Shown here one piece after another: positions 28,402 through 37,767 of a stretch of DNA of 64,000 nt. The stretch's first letter is position 1, and each line of letters opens with the position of its first letter. The notes under the pieces were generated by a model, which saw only the letters and a list, made by a program, of their open reading frames with translations, was not told the DNA's origin and did no database searches. Source of the DNA: Chlorobiota bacterium (GTDB lineage: Bacteria > Bacteroidota > Ignavibacteria > Kapaibacteriales > NICIL-2). The stretch is taken from positions 13,163 through 77,162 of the forward strand of contig JAOAGY010000031.1 of assembly GCA_026415505.1 (NCBI GenBank), given 5' to 3'. The position numbers were made by a program, and so were the translations under genes.

Positions 28402-29781
28402 GTGAAAATCACCTTTCTCGGCGCTGCGCAGACGGTCACCGGCTCGATGCATCTGGTCGAGTGCAACGGCTATCGTGTGCTGCTCGATTGCGGGCTGTAC
28501 CAAGGACGCCGTGCCGAAGCATACGAGCGCAATCGCACCATGCCGCTCGATCCGCGCTCGGTGGATGCAGTGCTGCTGTCGCATGCGCACATCGACCATT
28601 CGGGGAATTTGCCGACGCTCGTCAAACGCGGATTCCGGGGACTGATCTATGCGACGGCAGCGACGCGCGACCTCTGTGCGATCATGCTCGCCGACAGCGC
28701 TCACATCCAAGCCAGCGATGCGCAGTTCTTGCGCAAACACGGCAAAGACGCTGCCGAACCGCTCTACGATCTCGACGACGTCGCAGCGACGATGGAGCTG
28801 TTCCACGCTGTTCCGTATCGGCGGCGATTCATCGTGCTGCCCGGCATCGAAGCTGCGTTCTACGATGCCGGGCATATTCTCGGTTCAGCCGGAGTCATGC
28901 TTTGGTTGACCGAGGGCGACCGCACGATTCGATTGTTCTTCACCGGCGATGTCGGGCGTCCTCTGCCTGTGTTGCTTCGTCCGCCGGATACTCCACCGCA
29001 CGCCGATTACGTCGTCAGCGAATCCACCTACGGCGGCAAGCTTCACGAGCCACAGGAGAAAACTCTCGACGTCCTTCGCACGCTCGTGCAACGGATCGTC
29101 AGTCTGCGCGGAAAACTCATCATACCGGCATTCAGCGTCGGGCGGACGCAAAGCGTCGTGTACTACCTCAATCACCTGCACAATCTCGGCGAGCTGCCCG
29201 AAGTGCCGATCGTCGTGGATTCGCCGCTGTCGTCGAGTGCGACGCACGTCTATCGCATGCACCCGGAATGCTTCAACGACGCGGTGCGCCGCGCGATGCT
29301 CGCCGATCTCGATCCGTTCGGTTTTGAAACGCTTCGATACACGCGCAGCGCCGACGAATCGAAAGCGCTCAATGGCAAACCCGGACCGATGGTCATCGTT
29401 TCGGCGTCGGGCATGTGCGAAAGCGGACGCATCTTGCATCACTTGCGGAACAACATCGAAGACCCGACGACGACAGTTCTGCTGCTCGGCTTCATGGCAG
29501 AGCACACGCTCGGTCGTCGCTTGGCAGACGGTGCCGAACGAGTGCGTATCCTCGGCGAAGAATTCCGTGTGCGTGCTGCGGTCGAGACGCTCCATTCGCT
29601 CTCGGCACACGCCGATCAGGAAGAACTCGTGCAGTACCTTGCGCCGCTCCGTGACACTGCCAAACATTTGTTTCTGGTGCACGGCGAACCGCAGGCGCAG
29701 CATCTGCTCGCCGAACGTCTTGGCTCGCTCGGATGGTCGAGCGTCAGCAATCCAGCGCCGGGTGAAACCGTTCAGCTCTGA
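28402..29781 (+). CDS. MBL-fold beta-CASP RNA-metabolising hydrolase (RNase J/CPSF-like)
   Basis: KITFLGAAQTVTGSMHLVE...LSHAHIDHSGNLP (HxHxDH), plus beta-CASP motifs and C-terminal HADQEELVQY. Confidence 0.8.
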   Translation: MKITFLGAAQTVTGSMHLVECNGYRVLLDCGLYQGRRAEAYERNRTMPLDPRSVDAVLLSHAHIDHSGNLPTLVKRGFRGLIYATAATRDLCAIMLADSAHIQASDAQFLRKHGKDAAEPLYDLDDVAATMELFHAVPYRRRFIVLPGIEAAFYDAGHILGSAGVMLWLTEGDRTIRLFFTGDVGRPLPVLLRPPDTPPHADYVVSESTYGGKLHEPQEKTLDVLRTLVQRIVSLRGKLIIPAFSVGRTQSVVYYLNHLHNLGELPEVPIVVDSPLSSSATHVYRMHPECFNDAVRRAMLADLDPFGFETLRYTRSADESKALNGKPGPMVIVSASGMCESGRILHHLRNNIEDPTTTVLLLGFMAEHTLGRRLADGAERVRILGEEFRVRAAVETLHSLSAHADQEELVQYLAPLRDTAKHLFLVHGEPQAQHLLAERLGSLGWSSVSNPAPGETVQL

Positions 29782-29784
29782 GCG

Positions 29785-30627
29785 ATGCAGGAGGTCGTCG
29801 TCGGTGTGCTCGTCGAAAACGGTCGTATGCTCATCGGTCGTCGGCGCCGAGACACCCGCTACGAAGGCACATGGGAATTCCCCGGCGGCAAAATCGAAGC
29901 AGGCGAGGATGCAGCCGATGCACTTCGCCGCGAGTTGCGCGAAGAATTGAGAGTCGAAGCTGGCGACATCGAGCTCCTGACGACGGTCGAGCATCGCTAC
30001 GACGATGGCGGGCAATTCCACGTGCGCTACTATCTGGTGCGATCCTGGCGAGGCGAGATTCGACCGGCAATTTGGGACGAATACGCATGGGTTACGCCCA
30101 GCGAGTTGGAGCGCTATCCGATCTTCGAAGCCAATCGGCGCATCATCGGACATTTGCACATGCGGCTGGCAAACGACGACGAACGCTACATGCTGGCAGC
30201 GCTCGAATTGGCGCGCTCGGCGGCGCAGAAAGGAGAAGTGCCGGTCGGCTGTGTCGTCGTCCGCGACGGCGCGATCATCGGTGCGGCGCACAATCGCACC
30301 GAGGAGCTGCGCATGGCGACTGCCCATGCCGAACAGCTCGCCATTGCCGACGCAATGCGACGACTCGACTCCAAATTGCTCGATGGCTGCACGCTGTACG
30401 TCACGCTCGAACCGTGCCCAATGTGTGCCGGTGCGATTGTGCTTGCACGCATCGAACGAGTCGTCTTCGGTGCGCACGATCCGAAAGCCGGTGCGTGCGA
30501 GACGCTCTACACGCTCACTGCCGATCGGCGGCTCAATCATCGTGCGAAGGTGCGCGGTGGCGTCCTCGCCGATCGAGCGCAAGAGCTTCTACAGGAATTC
30601 TTTCAGCGTCGGCGAGAGCAGCAATGA
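29785..30627 (+). CDS. tadA: bifunctional NUDIX (MutT-like) hydrolase / tRNA-specific adenosine deaminase TadA fusion
   Basis: N-terminus: WEFPGGKIEAGEDAADALRRELREELRVE (Nudix box). C-terminus: VPVGCVVV...TAHAEQLAI...LEPCPMCAGAI (CDA-fold H-A-E and PCxxC zinc motifs of TadA). Confidence 0.8.
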   Translation: MQEVVVGVLVENGRMLIGRRRRDTRYEGTWEFPGGKIEAGEDAADALRRELREELRVEAGDIELLTTVEHRYDDGGQFHVRYYLVRSWRGEIRPAIWDEYAWVTPSELERYPIFEANRRIIGHLHMRLANDDERYMLAALELARSAAQKGEVPVGCVVVRDGAIIGAAHNRTEELRMATAHAEQLAIADAMRRLDSKLLDGCTLYVTLEPCPMCAGAIVLARIERVVFGAHDPKAGACETLYTLTADRRLNHRAKVRGGVLADRAQELLQEFFQRRREQQ

Positions 30628-31340
30628 AGATCGAGCTGTCGCCTGCGGCGTTGGAACCCGCACTGTATCTGGTTCCCACGCCGATCGGCAATCGCGAGGA
30701 CATCACGCTTCGAGCGCTTCGCGTTCTCGCCAGTGCCGACATCGTCGCAGCGGAAGATACTCGCTCGCTGGGTCGGCTGCTTGCGATGTACGGGATTGCC
30801 GCCCGCCGTGTCGTTGCGTACCACGAGCACAACGAACGCCAGCGATGCGCAGAGCTCGTCGAAGAAGTCGTCGCCGGCAAGTCGCTGGCGCTATGCAGCG
30901 AAGCGGGAACGCCGCTGGTGAGCGATCCGGGCTATCGCTTGGTCGAATGTGCTATCGAGCGTGGGGTGCGCGTGGTGCCGTTGCCCGGTGCCAATGCTGC
31001 GCTCGCAGCGCTCATTGCCAGCGGGCTGCCAGTGCATGCGTTCACGTTCATGGGATTTCCACCGCACAAGAAGGGGCGCCGCGCGTTTTTCGAGCGCGTT
31101 GCGACGATCGAGCAGACGGTCATCCTCTACGAATCGCCGCATCGCATCGTACGCACGCTCGCCGATTTGATCGCCACGTGCGGTTCGGAGCGTCGCTGTG
31201 CGATTGCACGCGAGCTGACCAAAGTGCACGAATCGTTCTACCGCGGCACGCTCGGGACGCTCGCCGCAGCGCTCGGTGGGACGATTCCGCTGCGTGGCGA
31301 GTTCGTGGTACTTTTGCACGGACGAACTGCCGACGATTAG
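30624..31340 (+). CDS. rsmI: 16S rRNA (cytidine1402-2'-O)-methyltransferase RsmI
   Basis: LYLVPTPIGNREDITLRALRVLASADIVAAEDTR...SDPGY are RsmI/tetrapyrrole-methylase-fold motifs. ATGA-coupled to the upstream gene. Confidence 0.85.
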   Translation: MKIELSPAALEPALYLVPTPIGNREDITLRALRVLASADIVAAEDTRSLGRLLAMYGIAARRVVAYHEHNERQRCAELVEEVVAGKSLALCSEAGTPLVSDPGYRLVECAIERGVRVVPLPGANAALAALIASGLPVHAFTFMGFPPHKKGRRAFFERVATIEQTVILYESPHRIVRTLADLIATCGSERRCAIARELTKVHESFYRGTLGTLAAALGGTIPLRGEFVVLLHGRTADD

Positions 31341-31341
31341 C

Positions 31342-31980
31342 ATGCTCATCACGTTCGAAGGCATAGACGGTTCGGGCAAATCCACGCACGTGGCGATGCT
31401 CGCCGAGTGGCTCCGAAAGCAACGCTACACGGTGCGCGTGTTGCGCGAGCCGGGAGCGACACCGCTTTCGGAGGCGATTCGCGGTGTTTTGCTCGATGCC
31501 GGTCAGCGTATCGCACCGGTCGCCGAGCTGTTCTTGTTCTGTGCAGCGCGTCGGCAATTGGTCGAAGAGGTCATCCGTCCGGCGCTCGCAGCCGGCGAGA
31601 TCGTCATCTGCGATCGCTACGCTGATTCGACGCTGGCTTATCAAGGCTATGGACGGCAGCTCGATTTGGAGATGGTGCGACGCGTGATCGGTTATGCCAT
31701 CGAAGACGTCGTGCCGACGGTGACGTTCGTGCTCGATCTCGATGTGCCGACGGCGATGATGCGTCGTGGGGAGCGAGGTCCGAACGCAACCGATCGCATG
31801 GAGGATTCGCCGCATGCGTTTTTCGAGCGTGTGCGCAGCGGCTATCGCGCCATCGCCGCACGCGAGCCGTCGCGTGTCGTGTTGCTCGATGCGACCGAAC
31901 CGATCGAGGTCGTGCAGGAACGCATCCGCGCGATCGTGCAGCGCTGCTTGCCGACGGGTGTCGCTATCGGTGCCGGCTAA
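31342..31980 (+). CDS. tmk: thymidylate kinase
   Basis: ITFEGIDGSGKST P-loop...DRY...LDLD lid. Confidence 0.85.
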   Translation: MLITFEGIDGSGKSTHVAMLAEWLRKQRYTVRVLREPGATPLSEAIRGVLLDAGQRIAPVAELFLFCAARRQLVEEVIRPALAAGEIVICDRYADSTLAYQGYGRQLDLEMVRRVIGYAIEDVVPTVTFVLDLDVPTAMMRRGERGPNATDRMEDSPHAFFERVRSGYRAIAAREPSRVVLLDATEPIEVVQERIRAIVQRCLPTGVAIGAG

Positions 31981-32014
31981 TTTTGCACCCGACGTTCCAT
32001 CCTACCATTGCCCC

Positions 32015-32932
32015 ATGAGTGTGCTCGATGCGCTCGTTGCGCGTTCGCTACCGCTGATTCCCAAACCGATCGTTCGCCGAGTCGCATGGCGTTACATTGC
32101 CGGGACGACGCTCGACGATGCTGTTCGTGTCGTGCAGAACTTGGCGCATCTCGGCGCAACTGCCACCATCGACGCGCTCGGTGAATTCGTCGAGACCGCC
32201 GATCATGCCGAGCGCGAAACGCAGCAAGCGCTGGCGACGCTCGATGCGATCGCCGAGCATCGCCTGCCGGCGTATTTGTCGCTCAAGCTGACGTCGATCG
32301 GATTGGCGTTCGATCGCGATCTGGCAGAGCAAAACCTGCGACGCATACTCGACCGAGCACGCTCGCACGGACTGTTCGTGCGGTTGGACATGGAGAATTC
32401 GCCGTACACGACCGCGACGCTCGATCTCTACTGCGCCATGCGCGAAAGCGGCTACGACAATATCGGCGTGGTGATCCAGGCGTATCTCTACCGCAGCGAG
32501 AGCGACGTTCGCCGACTTGCGCCGTACCGCGCCGACATTCGCTTGTGCAAAGGCATCTACAACGAGGATGCATCGATCGCCATCAAAGACCGCGAGGGCA
32601 TTCGCGCCAACTACCGCGCATTGCTCCGGCTCATCGTCGAGCTGGGAATGACCGTCCGCATCGCCACGCACGACGACGTGCTCATCGCCGATGCCGAGCG
32701 ACTCATCGCCGAGCGCCAGTTGGAACGCGATCGCTACGAATTCCAGATGCTGCTCGGCGTGCGCGAACGCAAGCGCGACGAATTGATTCGGCGTGGCTAT
32801 CCGGTGCGCATTTACGTTCCCTACGGCGAGGATTGGTACGGCTACTCGCTGCGACGATTGAAGGAAAATCCGCAAGTCGCCGGTCATGTCTTCCGCGCGC
32901 TGTTCCGATTCGACGGGGGACGCAGCCGATGA
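32015..32932 (+). CDS. proline dehydrogenase (monofunctional ProDH family)
   Basis: YLSLKLTSIG...VVIQAYLYRS...ATHD...EFQMLLGV...SLRRLKENP are ProDH (PF01619-type) motifs. Confidence 0.75.
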   Translation: MSVLDALVARSLPLIPKPIVRRVAWRYIAGTTLDDAVRVVQNLAHLGATATIDALGEFVETADHAERETQQALATLDAIAEHRLPAYLSLKLTSIGLAFDRDLAEQNLRRILDRARSHGLFVRLDMENSPYTTATLDLYCAMRESGYDNIGVVIQAYLYRSESDVRRLAPYRADIRLCKGIYNEDASIAIKDREGIRANYRALLRLIVELGMTVRIATHDDVLIADAERLIAERQLERDRYEFQMLLGVRERKRDELIRRGYPVRIYVPYGEDWYGYSLRRLKENPQVAGHVFRALFRFDGGRSR

Positions 32933-33957
32933 CGACGGTTTTGGTCACCGGTGGCGCCGGTTTCATCGGCAGCAATTTGATTCGGTGGATTCTCGCTCAT
33001 CGCGGTTGGCGGGTGGTCAATCTCGACGCGCTCACCTATGCGGGCAATCTCGAAAATCTTCGCGACGTCGAAAGCGATCCACGATACACGTTCGTTCACG
33101 GCAGAATCGAGGACGCCGAGACCGTTGCGCGTGTGTTGCGGGAATACGACGTTCGTGGCATCATCCATTGCGCAGCGGAAAGTCACGTCGATCGCTCGAT
33201 TCTGTCGGCGGAGCCGTTCGTCGAAACGAACGTGCGCGGTACGCTCGTGCTGCTCGAAGCAGCGCGCGCCCACGGCATCGAGCGTTTCGTTCACGTCTCG
33301 ACCGATGAAGTGTACGGCACGCTCGGACCGGACGATCCGCCGTTCACGGAAGAATCGCCGTTGCGACCGAACTCGCCCTACGCAGCGTCGAAGGCAGCAG
33401 CCGATTGTTTGGTGCGGGCGTTCGTGCATACCTACGGTGTGCCGGCTGTCGTCACGCGCTGTTCGAACAACTACGGACCGTATCAATTTCCCGAAAAGCT
33501 CATTCCGCTGATGATCGCCAATGCGATCGAAGAACAGCCACTGCCGGTCTATGGCGACGGTCAGCAGGTGCGCGATTGGATTTACGTCGGCGATCACTGC
33601 CGCGGTTTGGTCGCAGCCTACGAGCGCGGGCGCATCGGCGAGACGTACAACTTCGGTGGTCGTTCCGAGCGCTGCAATCTCGACGTGGTGCGGGCGATCG
33701 TGCGTCTTCTCGGCAAGTCGGAGCGACTCATTCGGCATGTGCCCGATCGTCCGGGACACGACCGGCGCTATGCGATCGACTGCACGAAAGCAGAGCGGGA
33801 GTTGGGCTGGACTCCGTCGGTGACGTTCGAGGATGGTTTGGAGCGAACGGTGCGGTGGTATCTCGACAACCGCGCGTGGGTGGAGTCGGTTCGGTCGGGC
33901 GAATATCGTCGCTACTACGAGCAGCAGTACGGCTGGAGAGTCAGCGAGCAACCGTAG
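32929..33957 (+). CDS. rfbB: dTDP-glucose 4,6-dehydratase
   Basis: VLVTGGAGFIGSNLIRW...STDEVYG...YAASKAAADCLV (YxxxK). ATGA-coupled to the proline dehydrogenase gene. Confidence 0.85.
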   Translation: MTTVLVTGGAGFIGSNLIRWILAHRGWRVVNLDALTYAGNLENLRDVESDPRYTFVHGRIEDAETVARVLREYDVRGIIHCAAESHVDRSILSAEPFVETNVRGTLVLLEAARAHGIERFVHVSTDEVYGTLGPDDPPFTEESPLRPNSPYAASKAAADCLVRAFVHTYGVPAVVTRCSNNYGPYQFPEKLIPLMIANAIEEQPLPVYGDGQQVRDWIYVGDHCRGLVAAYERGRIGETYNFGGRSERCNLDVVRAIVRLLGKSERLIRHVPDRPGHDRRYAIDCTKAERELGWTPSVTFEDGLERTVRWYLDNRAWVESVRSGEYRRYYEQQYGWRVSEQP

Positions 33958-34133
33958 GCTGTCTGCTCGATAGCCGAACGAGTTCTCCGCTCGGTAGAGG
34001 TGCCATTGTCTGATGAGCGTGTGAATGCTCGTGTCTATCGAGCGATGCTCATGCGACGAGAGCCAATGCGACTGGAACTGGACAATGATGAGCTATCGTT
34101 ACCGCATGGGTTCATGATCGCTATAGTCAATTT

Positions 34134-34601
34134 ATGCATCGGCTCTACCGGAAACAATGCGTCGAACATTCCATCGAGGAGGTGTTCGCGTTTTTTGCTC
34201 GACCGGAAAACCTCGACACCATCACACCGCCGGAGCTGGGATTCCAGATACTCACCCCGCAACCGATCGCGATGAAGGAAGGAGCATTGATCGACTACCG
34301 CATTCGCATCGGAGGACTGCCGTGGCGTTGGACCACCTACATTGCGCGATACGAACCGCCGCGGTGTTTTGTGGACGTACAACTCCGAGGACCGTACTCG
34401 TTCTGGCACCATACACACACGTTCACGCCGCTCGATGAGCGCTCGACAGTGATCGAGGACGAGGTGCTCTACTGTCTGCCGCTCGGATGGATAGGGGACA
34501 TTGCGCATGCCCTCTGGGTGCGTCGGCAGTTGGAACGAATCTTCGACCACCGTTCTCGTGTGCTGGGACAGATTTTCCGAACACGCTCATGTGCCGATTG
34601 A
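34134..34601 (+). CDS. SRPBCC-family (polyketide cyclase/START-like) protein
   Basis: 155 aa. IEEVFAFFARPENLDTITPPELGF...LRGPYSFWHHTHTF is typical of the SRPBCC ligand-binding fold. Confidence 0.55.
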   Translation: MHRLYRKQCVEHSIEEVFAFFARPENLDTITPPELGFQILTPQPIAMKEGALIDYRIRIGGLPWRWTTYIARYEPPRCFVDVQLRGPYSFWHHTHTFTPLDERSTVIEDEVLYCLPLGWIGDIAHALWVRRQLERIFDHRSRVLGQIFRTRSCAD

Positions 34602-34781
34602 ATCGGTGTCGCTGTAGTTTCTTGTTTGCGTGCCGATAATCGGTAGTAAGCAGCAGCGATCGTGCCAATACTGACCATTTGCCTCGCCGCTGAATGCGCT
34701 TTGCTGCACGCGTAAAACTGTGTTTTGCGGTGGTGCGTATGTTTGCGCAAGGATTGGACGCGGTGTACCCTTCATCGGCTG

Positions 34782-34799
34782 CTGGCACGATTTATGCTG
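34782..34799 (+). promoter_or_regulatory. candidate sigma-54 promoter (-24 TGGCACG / -12 aTGC) upstream of the SprB-repeat gene
   Basis: cTGGCACGatttATGCtg matches YTGGCACGrNNNTTGCW at 12/13 core positions with correct spacing. It lies 37 nt upstream of the ATG at 34836. A sigma-54 activator is encoded in the window. Confidence 0.3.
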
Positions 34800-34835
34800 C
34801 CACACAAGGTCAGAAAAACAATTCCCGGGCACGCC

Positions 34836-37661
34836 ATGCGGACGATAGCCGCTTTGATCTGCGTGCTGGCATCGTGGAATGCGATGTACGCGCAGATTGT
34901 CGTGGATGCCGGGAAGGATACCCTCACACTTTGTCAAGGACAGACAGCACAACTCGGTGGTTCGCCGACTGCACTCGGCGGACGTGCGCCGTATCGGTAC
35001 CAATGGGACCCACCACTCGGACTGAGCGACCCGACCTCGCCGAATCCGATACTGACGGCGCTCCGTTCCAATCAGCGATACATTCTGACCGTGACCGATG
35101 CGGACGGAGCGATCGGACGCGACACTGTTCTGCTGCTGATGTTCGTTCCTCCGCGCATCGCCGCTGGCGGTGCTGTCGAGGTATGTGTCGGGCAGGATGT
35201 CGTGCTCGGTGGTTCTCCGACGGCATACGGGGGGCAGCAGCCGTATCGCTACGAGTGGCTGGGTCTTCCGCCGAACGCACTCAATGTCACCTCGTCGAAT
35301 CCTACCTTCCGCGCCGAGCGCGTGCAGCAGTTGACCGTCGTGTTGCACGTGACCGACGATCGCGGCTGCGATGCATACGACACCGCTCGCATCACTGTTA
35401 CGCAGCCGATCGTGCTCGCTCTTCAGCGCCGCTCGGTGGAAATCTGCGCTGGCGAACCGATCCAAGTCGGTGCCAATCCGTTGGCACAAGGCGGAACGCC
35501 GCCCTATCGTGTCGCATGGTCGCCGACGACGGGTATCAGTTCAACCGATGTGCCGAATCCGACGCTCTTTCCCTCGACCACGACGATGTACTATTGCACC
35601 GTCAGCGATGCGAAAGGATGTGTGCGCACCGATAGCGTTCTGGTGCGTGTCAAGCCTGCCATGACGGTGACGCTGCGCGATACTTCGATCTGCTTCGGCA
35701 AGGAAATTCGTCTGGGCGATTCGGCACTCGTCAGCGGAGGTGTGCCCCCGTACCAATTCACATGGGAAGCCTTCGACGATCGCGGGCGTCCGGTCAGCGA
35801 CACGTTCGATCGAACGGCAATTGCTCAATTCATCGTTCCGCCGGCATCGCGTGTGTACCGATTGACCGTCCGCGATGCGCAAGGCTGCACGCAACGCGCG
35901 ACGATGACCGTTACCGTGACCGAGCCGCCGATCGCTGAATTTGCCCTTCCTCCGGAAATCTGTCAAGGCAAGACGATCATTTTCGGCACAGTGTTCAATC
36001 GTTTGTTCGACTATCAGTGGCAGATCGAAGGCGCAGGTGGAACGATTCTCGGTGACGCCACAAGCAACGTTGTGCGCATTCGTTGGGACAGCAGCGGCGT
36101 CTCGCGTGTGTCGCTCGTGGTGCGCGATCGCGGCAAAGGATGCGATTATGCTGCGGAAGCTTCCGTTCGCGTTCATCCTCTGCCGCAGCCGGTTATCGCC
36201 GTCGTAGGTCGGCAGCATCTGTGTCCGGGCGAAACGACCACGCTCGATGCCGGTGCCGGCTACACAAGCTACATGTGGTCGAACGGCTCGACCAACCGCC
36301 GCATCACGATCAGCGATCAGCAAGCCGGTACGTACACTGTCACGGTCACCGATAGCAACGGCTGCGTCAATACCTCGCCTCCGCAGCTCATCAGGGCGAA
36401 TACAACGCCTCGACCGACCATCAGCGGTCCGACGAAGTTCTGCGCAGGCACGACGATCGAGCTCCGCGCAACGCCTGGTTTCGCTCGCTACGAGTGGAGC
36501 ACAGGCGAGACAACCCCGACGATCGCTGTGTCGCAACCCGGTACGTTTACCGTGACCGTCTATGACAGCATCGGATGCCCCGGAGCGTCGCAGCCGTTCA
36601 CGACCGAGTTCAATCCCGTCTCGATGAGTGGCGGTGGCGACAACCAGTTCCTCAATCGCGAAACATTGCTCGACTACCCAGAGCAGACGATCTATTTCGT
36701 CAACACCGACGACGAACCATTGACGCTCTCGGCGGTCCGCATCACGCCGTACTACCCTGACTTGCGCATCGCGCGACTCGATATCGATGGACGGACGATC
36801 GCCAGTGTCGCTGGTGCCGTGCTCCGCGTCGGCGAGCGCCTCAACATTCATCTCAAGTACTCGCCGCAGGTGCCCGACACTGCTGTCGTTCGTGTCGAGC
36901 TGGACGTCCTGCTCCCGTGTCCGTGGACGTATGTACAGCCGATCGTGCTGTCGTCGTACGACAAACGGGTCACGACGATCGCCAAGGTCGTCGATACTCA
37001 CGGCACGATCGGAAGCGACGTTACGATTCCCATCACGCTGGAGCTCGTCAATCCGCAGGATTCGATCATTGACGCAACGATCGAGTACACCGTTCGCATC
37101 AACGGCAGAATGTTCGACCTTCGCAGCATCGCACCGGGGCGATTGCTCGATGCCACGATTGCAAGCGATGGGTGGTACACGATACGCATCGTGCGTGAAG
37201 GCATAACGCTCCGCACCGTCGAACCGCAACTTCTCGGCGCGATCACCGGAACGGGCTTGGCATCGCGACTGTTCCGCGACTCGGTGATCATCGCATCGCT
37301 CGTCGTGCGAGACGTACTCAAGCAGCCGATCGTCCAAGTGCGTAACGGCGTGCTGACGCTCGGAGCGTACTGCTTCCCGCGGGAGATCGTCGTGAGTCAG
37401 ACGGCGACGAGCGTCGAGGTGCAGCCGAATCCCGCATCGAGCGAAGCGGTCGTTATGCTGCGGAACGTCGTCGCAGGGACGTATGTCGTCGAGCTGACCT
37501 CGCTCAGTGGTGAATCGCTTCTGCGGTATCGAACGGAGCTTTCGCCGAGTCCGACGTGGACCATCCCGATACCGCTGCTGGGGATGTCCAGCGGCGTTGC
37601 CGTCGTGACGGTGACGACACCGATCGGCACATATCGCACGTTTTTGGTCATCGCCAAATAA
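34836..37661 (+). CDS. large secreted cell-surface protein with SprB-type repeats and T9SS C-terminal sorting domain
   Basis: Signal peptide. At least five repeats of C-x-G-x(8-12)-GG-x-PPY-x-Y/F-x-W, then C-x-G...Y-x-WS-x-G repeats. C-terminal PNPASSEAVV...GTYVVELTSLSGESLL...TFLVIAK matches the type IX secretion sorting-domain pattern (yPNPa...GvY...K-terminal). Confidence 0.75.
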   Translation: MRTIAALICVLASWNAMYAQIVVDAGKDTLTLCQGQTAQLGGSPTALGGRAPYRYQWDPPLGLSDPTSPNPILTALRSNQRYILTVTDADGAIGRDTVLLLMFVPPRIAAGGAVEVCVGQDVVLGGSPTAYGGQQPYRYEWLGLPPNALNVTSSNPTFRAERVQQLTVVLHVTDDRGCDAYDTARITVTQPIVLALQRRSVEICAGEPIQVGANPLAQGGTPPYRVAWSPTTGISSTDVPNPTLFPSTTTMYYCTVSDAKGCVRTDSVLVRVKPAMTVTLRDTSICFGKEIRLGDSALVSGGVPPYQFTWEAFDDRGRPVSDTFDRTAIAQFIVPPASRVYRLTVRDAQGCTQRATMTVTVTEPPIAEFALPPEICQGKTIIFGTVFNRLFDYQWQIEGAGGTILGDATSNVVRIRWDSSGVSRVSLVVRDRGKGCDYAAEASVRVHPLPQPVIAVVGRQHLCPGETTTLDAGAGYTSYMWSNGSTNRRITISDQQAGTYTVTVTDSNGCVNTSPPQLIRANTTPRPTISGPTKFCAGTTIELRATPGFARYEWSTGETTPTIAVSQPGTFTVTVYDSIGCPGASQPFTTEFNPVSMSGGGDNQFLNRETLLDYPEQTIYFVNTDDEPLTLSAVRITPYYPDLRIARLDIDGRTIASVAGAVLRVGERLNIHLKYSPQVPDTAVVRVELDVLLPCPWTYVQPIVLSSYDKRVTTIAKVVDTHGTIGSDVTIPITLELVNPQDSIIDATIEYTVRINGRMFDLRSIAPGRLLDATIASDGWYTIRIVREGITLRTVEPQLLGAITGTGLASRLFRDSVIIASLVVRDVLKQPIVQVRNGVLTLGAYCFPREIVVSQTATSVEVQPNPASSEAVVMLRNVVAGTYVVELTSLSGESLLRYRTELSPSPTWTIPIPLLGMSSGVAVVTVTTPIGTYRTFLVIAK
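34920..36520 (+). repeat. tandem protein-level SprB-like repeats within the T9SS substrate gene
   Basis: Repeated LGGSPTALGGRAPYRYQW, LGGSPTAYGGQQPYRYEW, VGANPLAQGGTPPYRVAW, LVSGGVPPYQFTW, then CxG...YxWSxG units. Confidence 0.6.
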
Positions 37662-37767
37662 CTGCCTCTGAACGCTTCGTCCGAAAGGGTGCGCTTTTCG
37701 CAATTGCTCCAGCAATGCCAGGGGCTGGTATTTTTGCTCCGATTGTGTCTCCGACGTGTGGCGTTCG

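Noticed and set aside
29871-30623. Upstream 250 codons of track ORF 29871..31340, in frame with rsmI.
   Set aside because: They overlap the well-supported NUDIX-TadA gene in another frame. RsmI begins at the conserved MKIEL...LYLVPTPIGN start (30624), which is ATGA-coupled.
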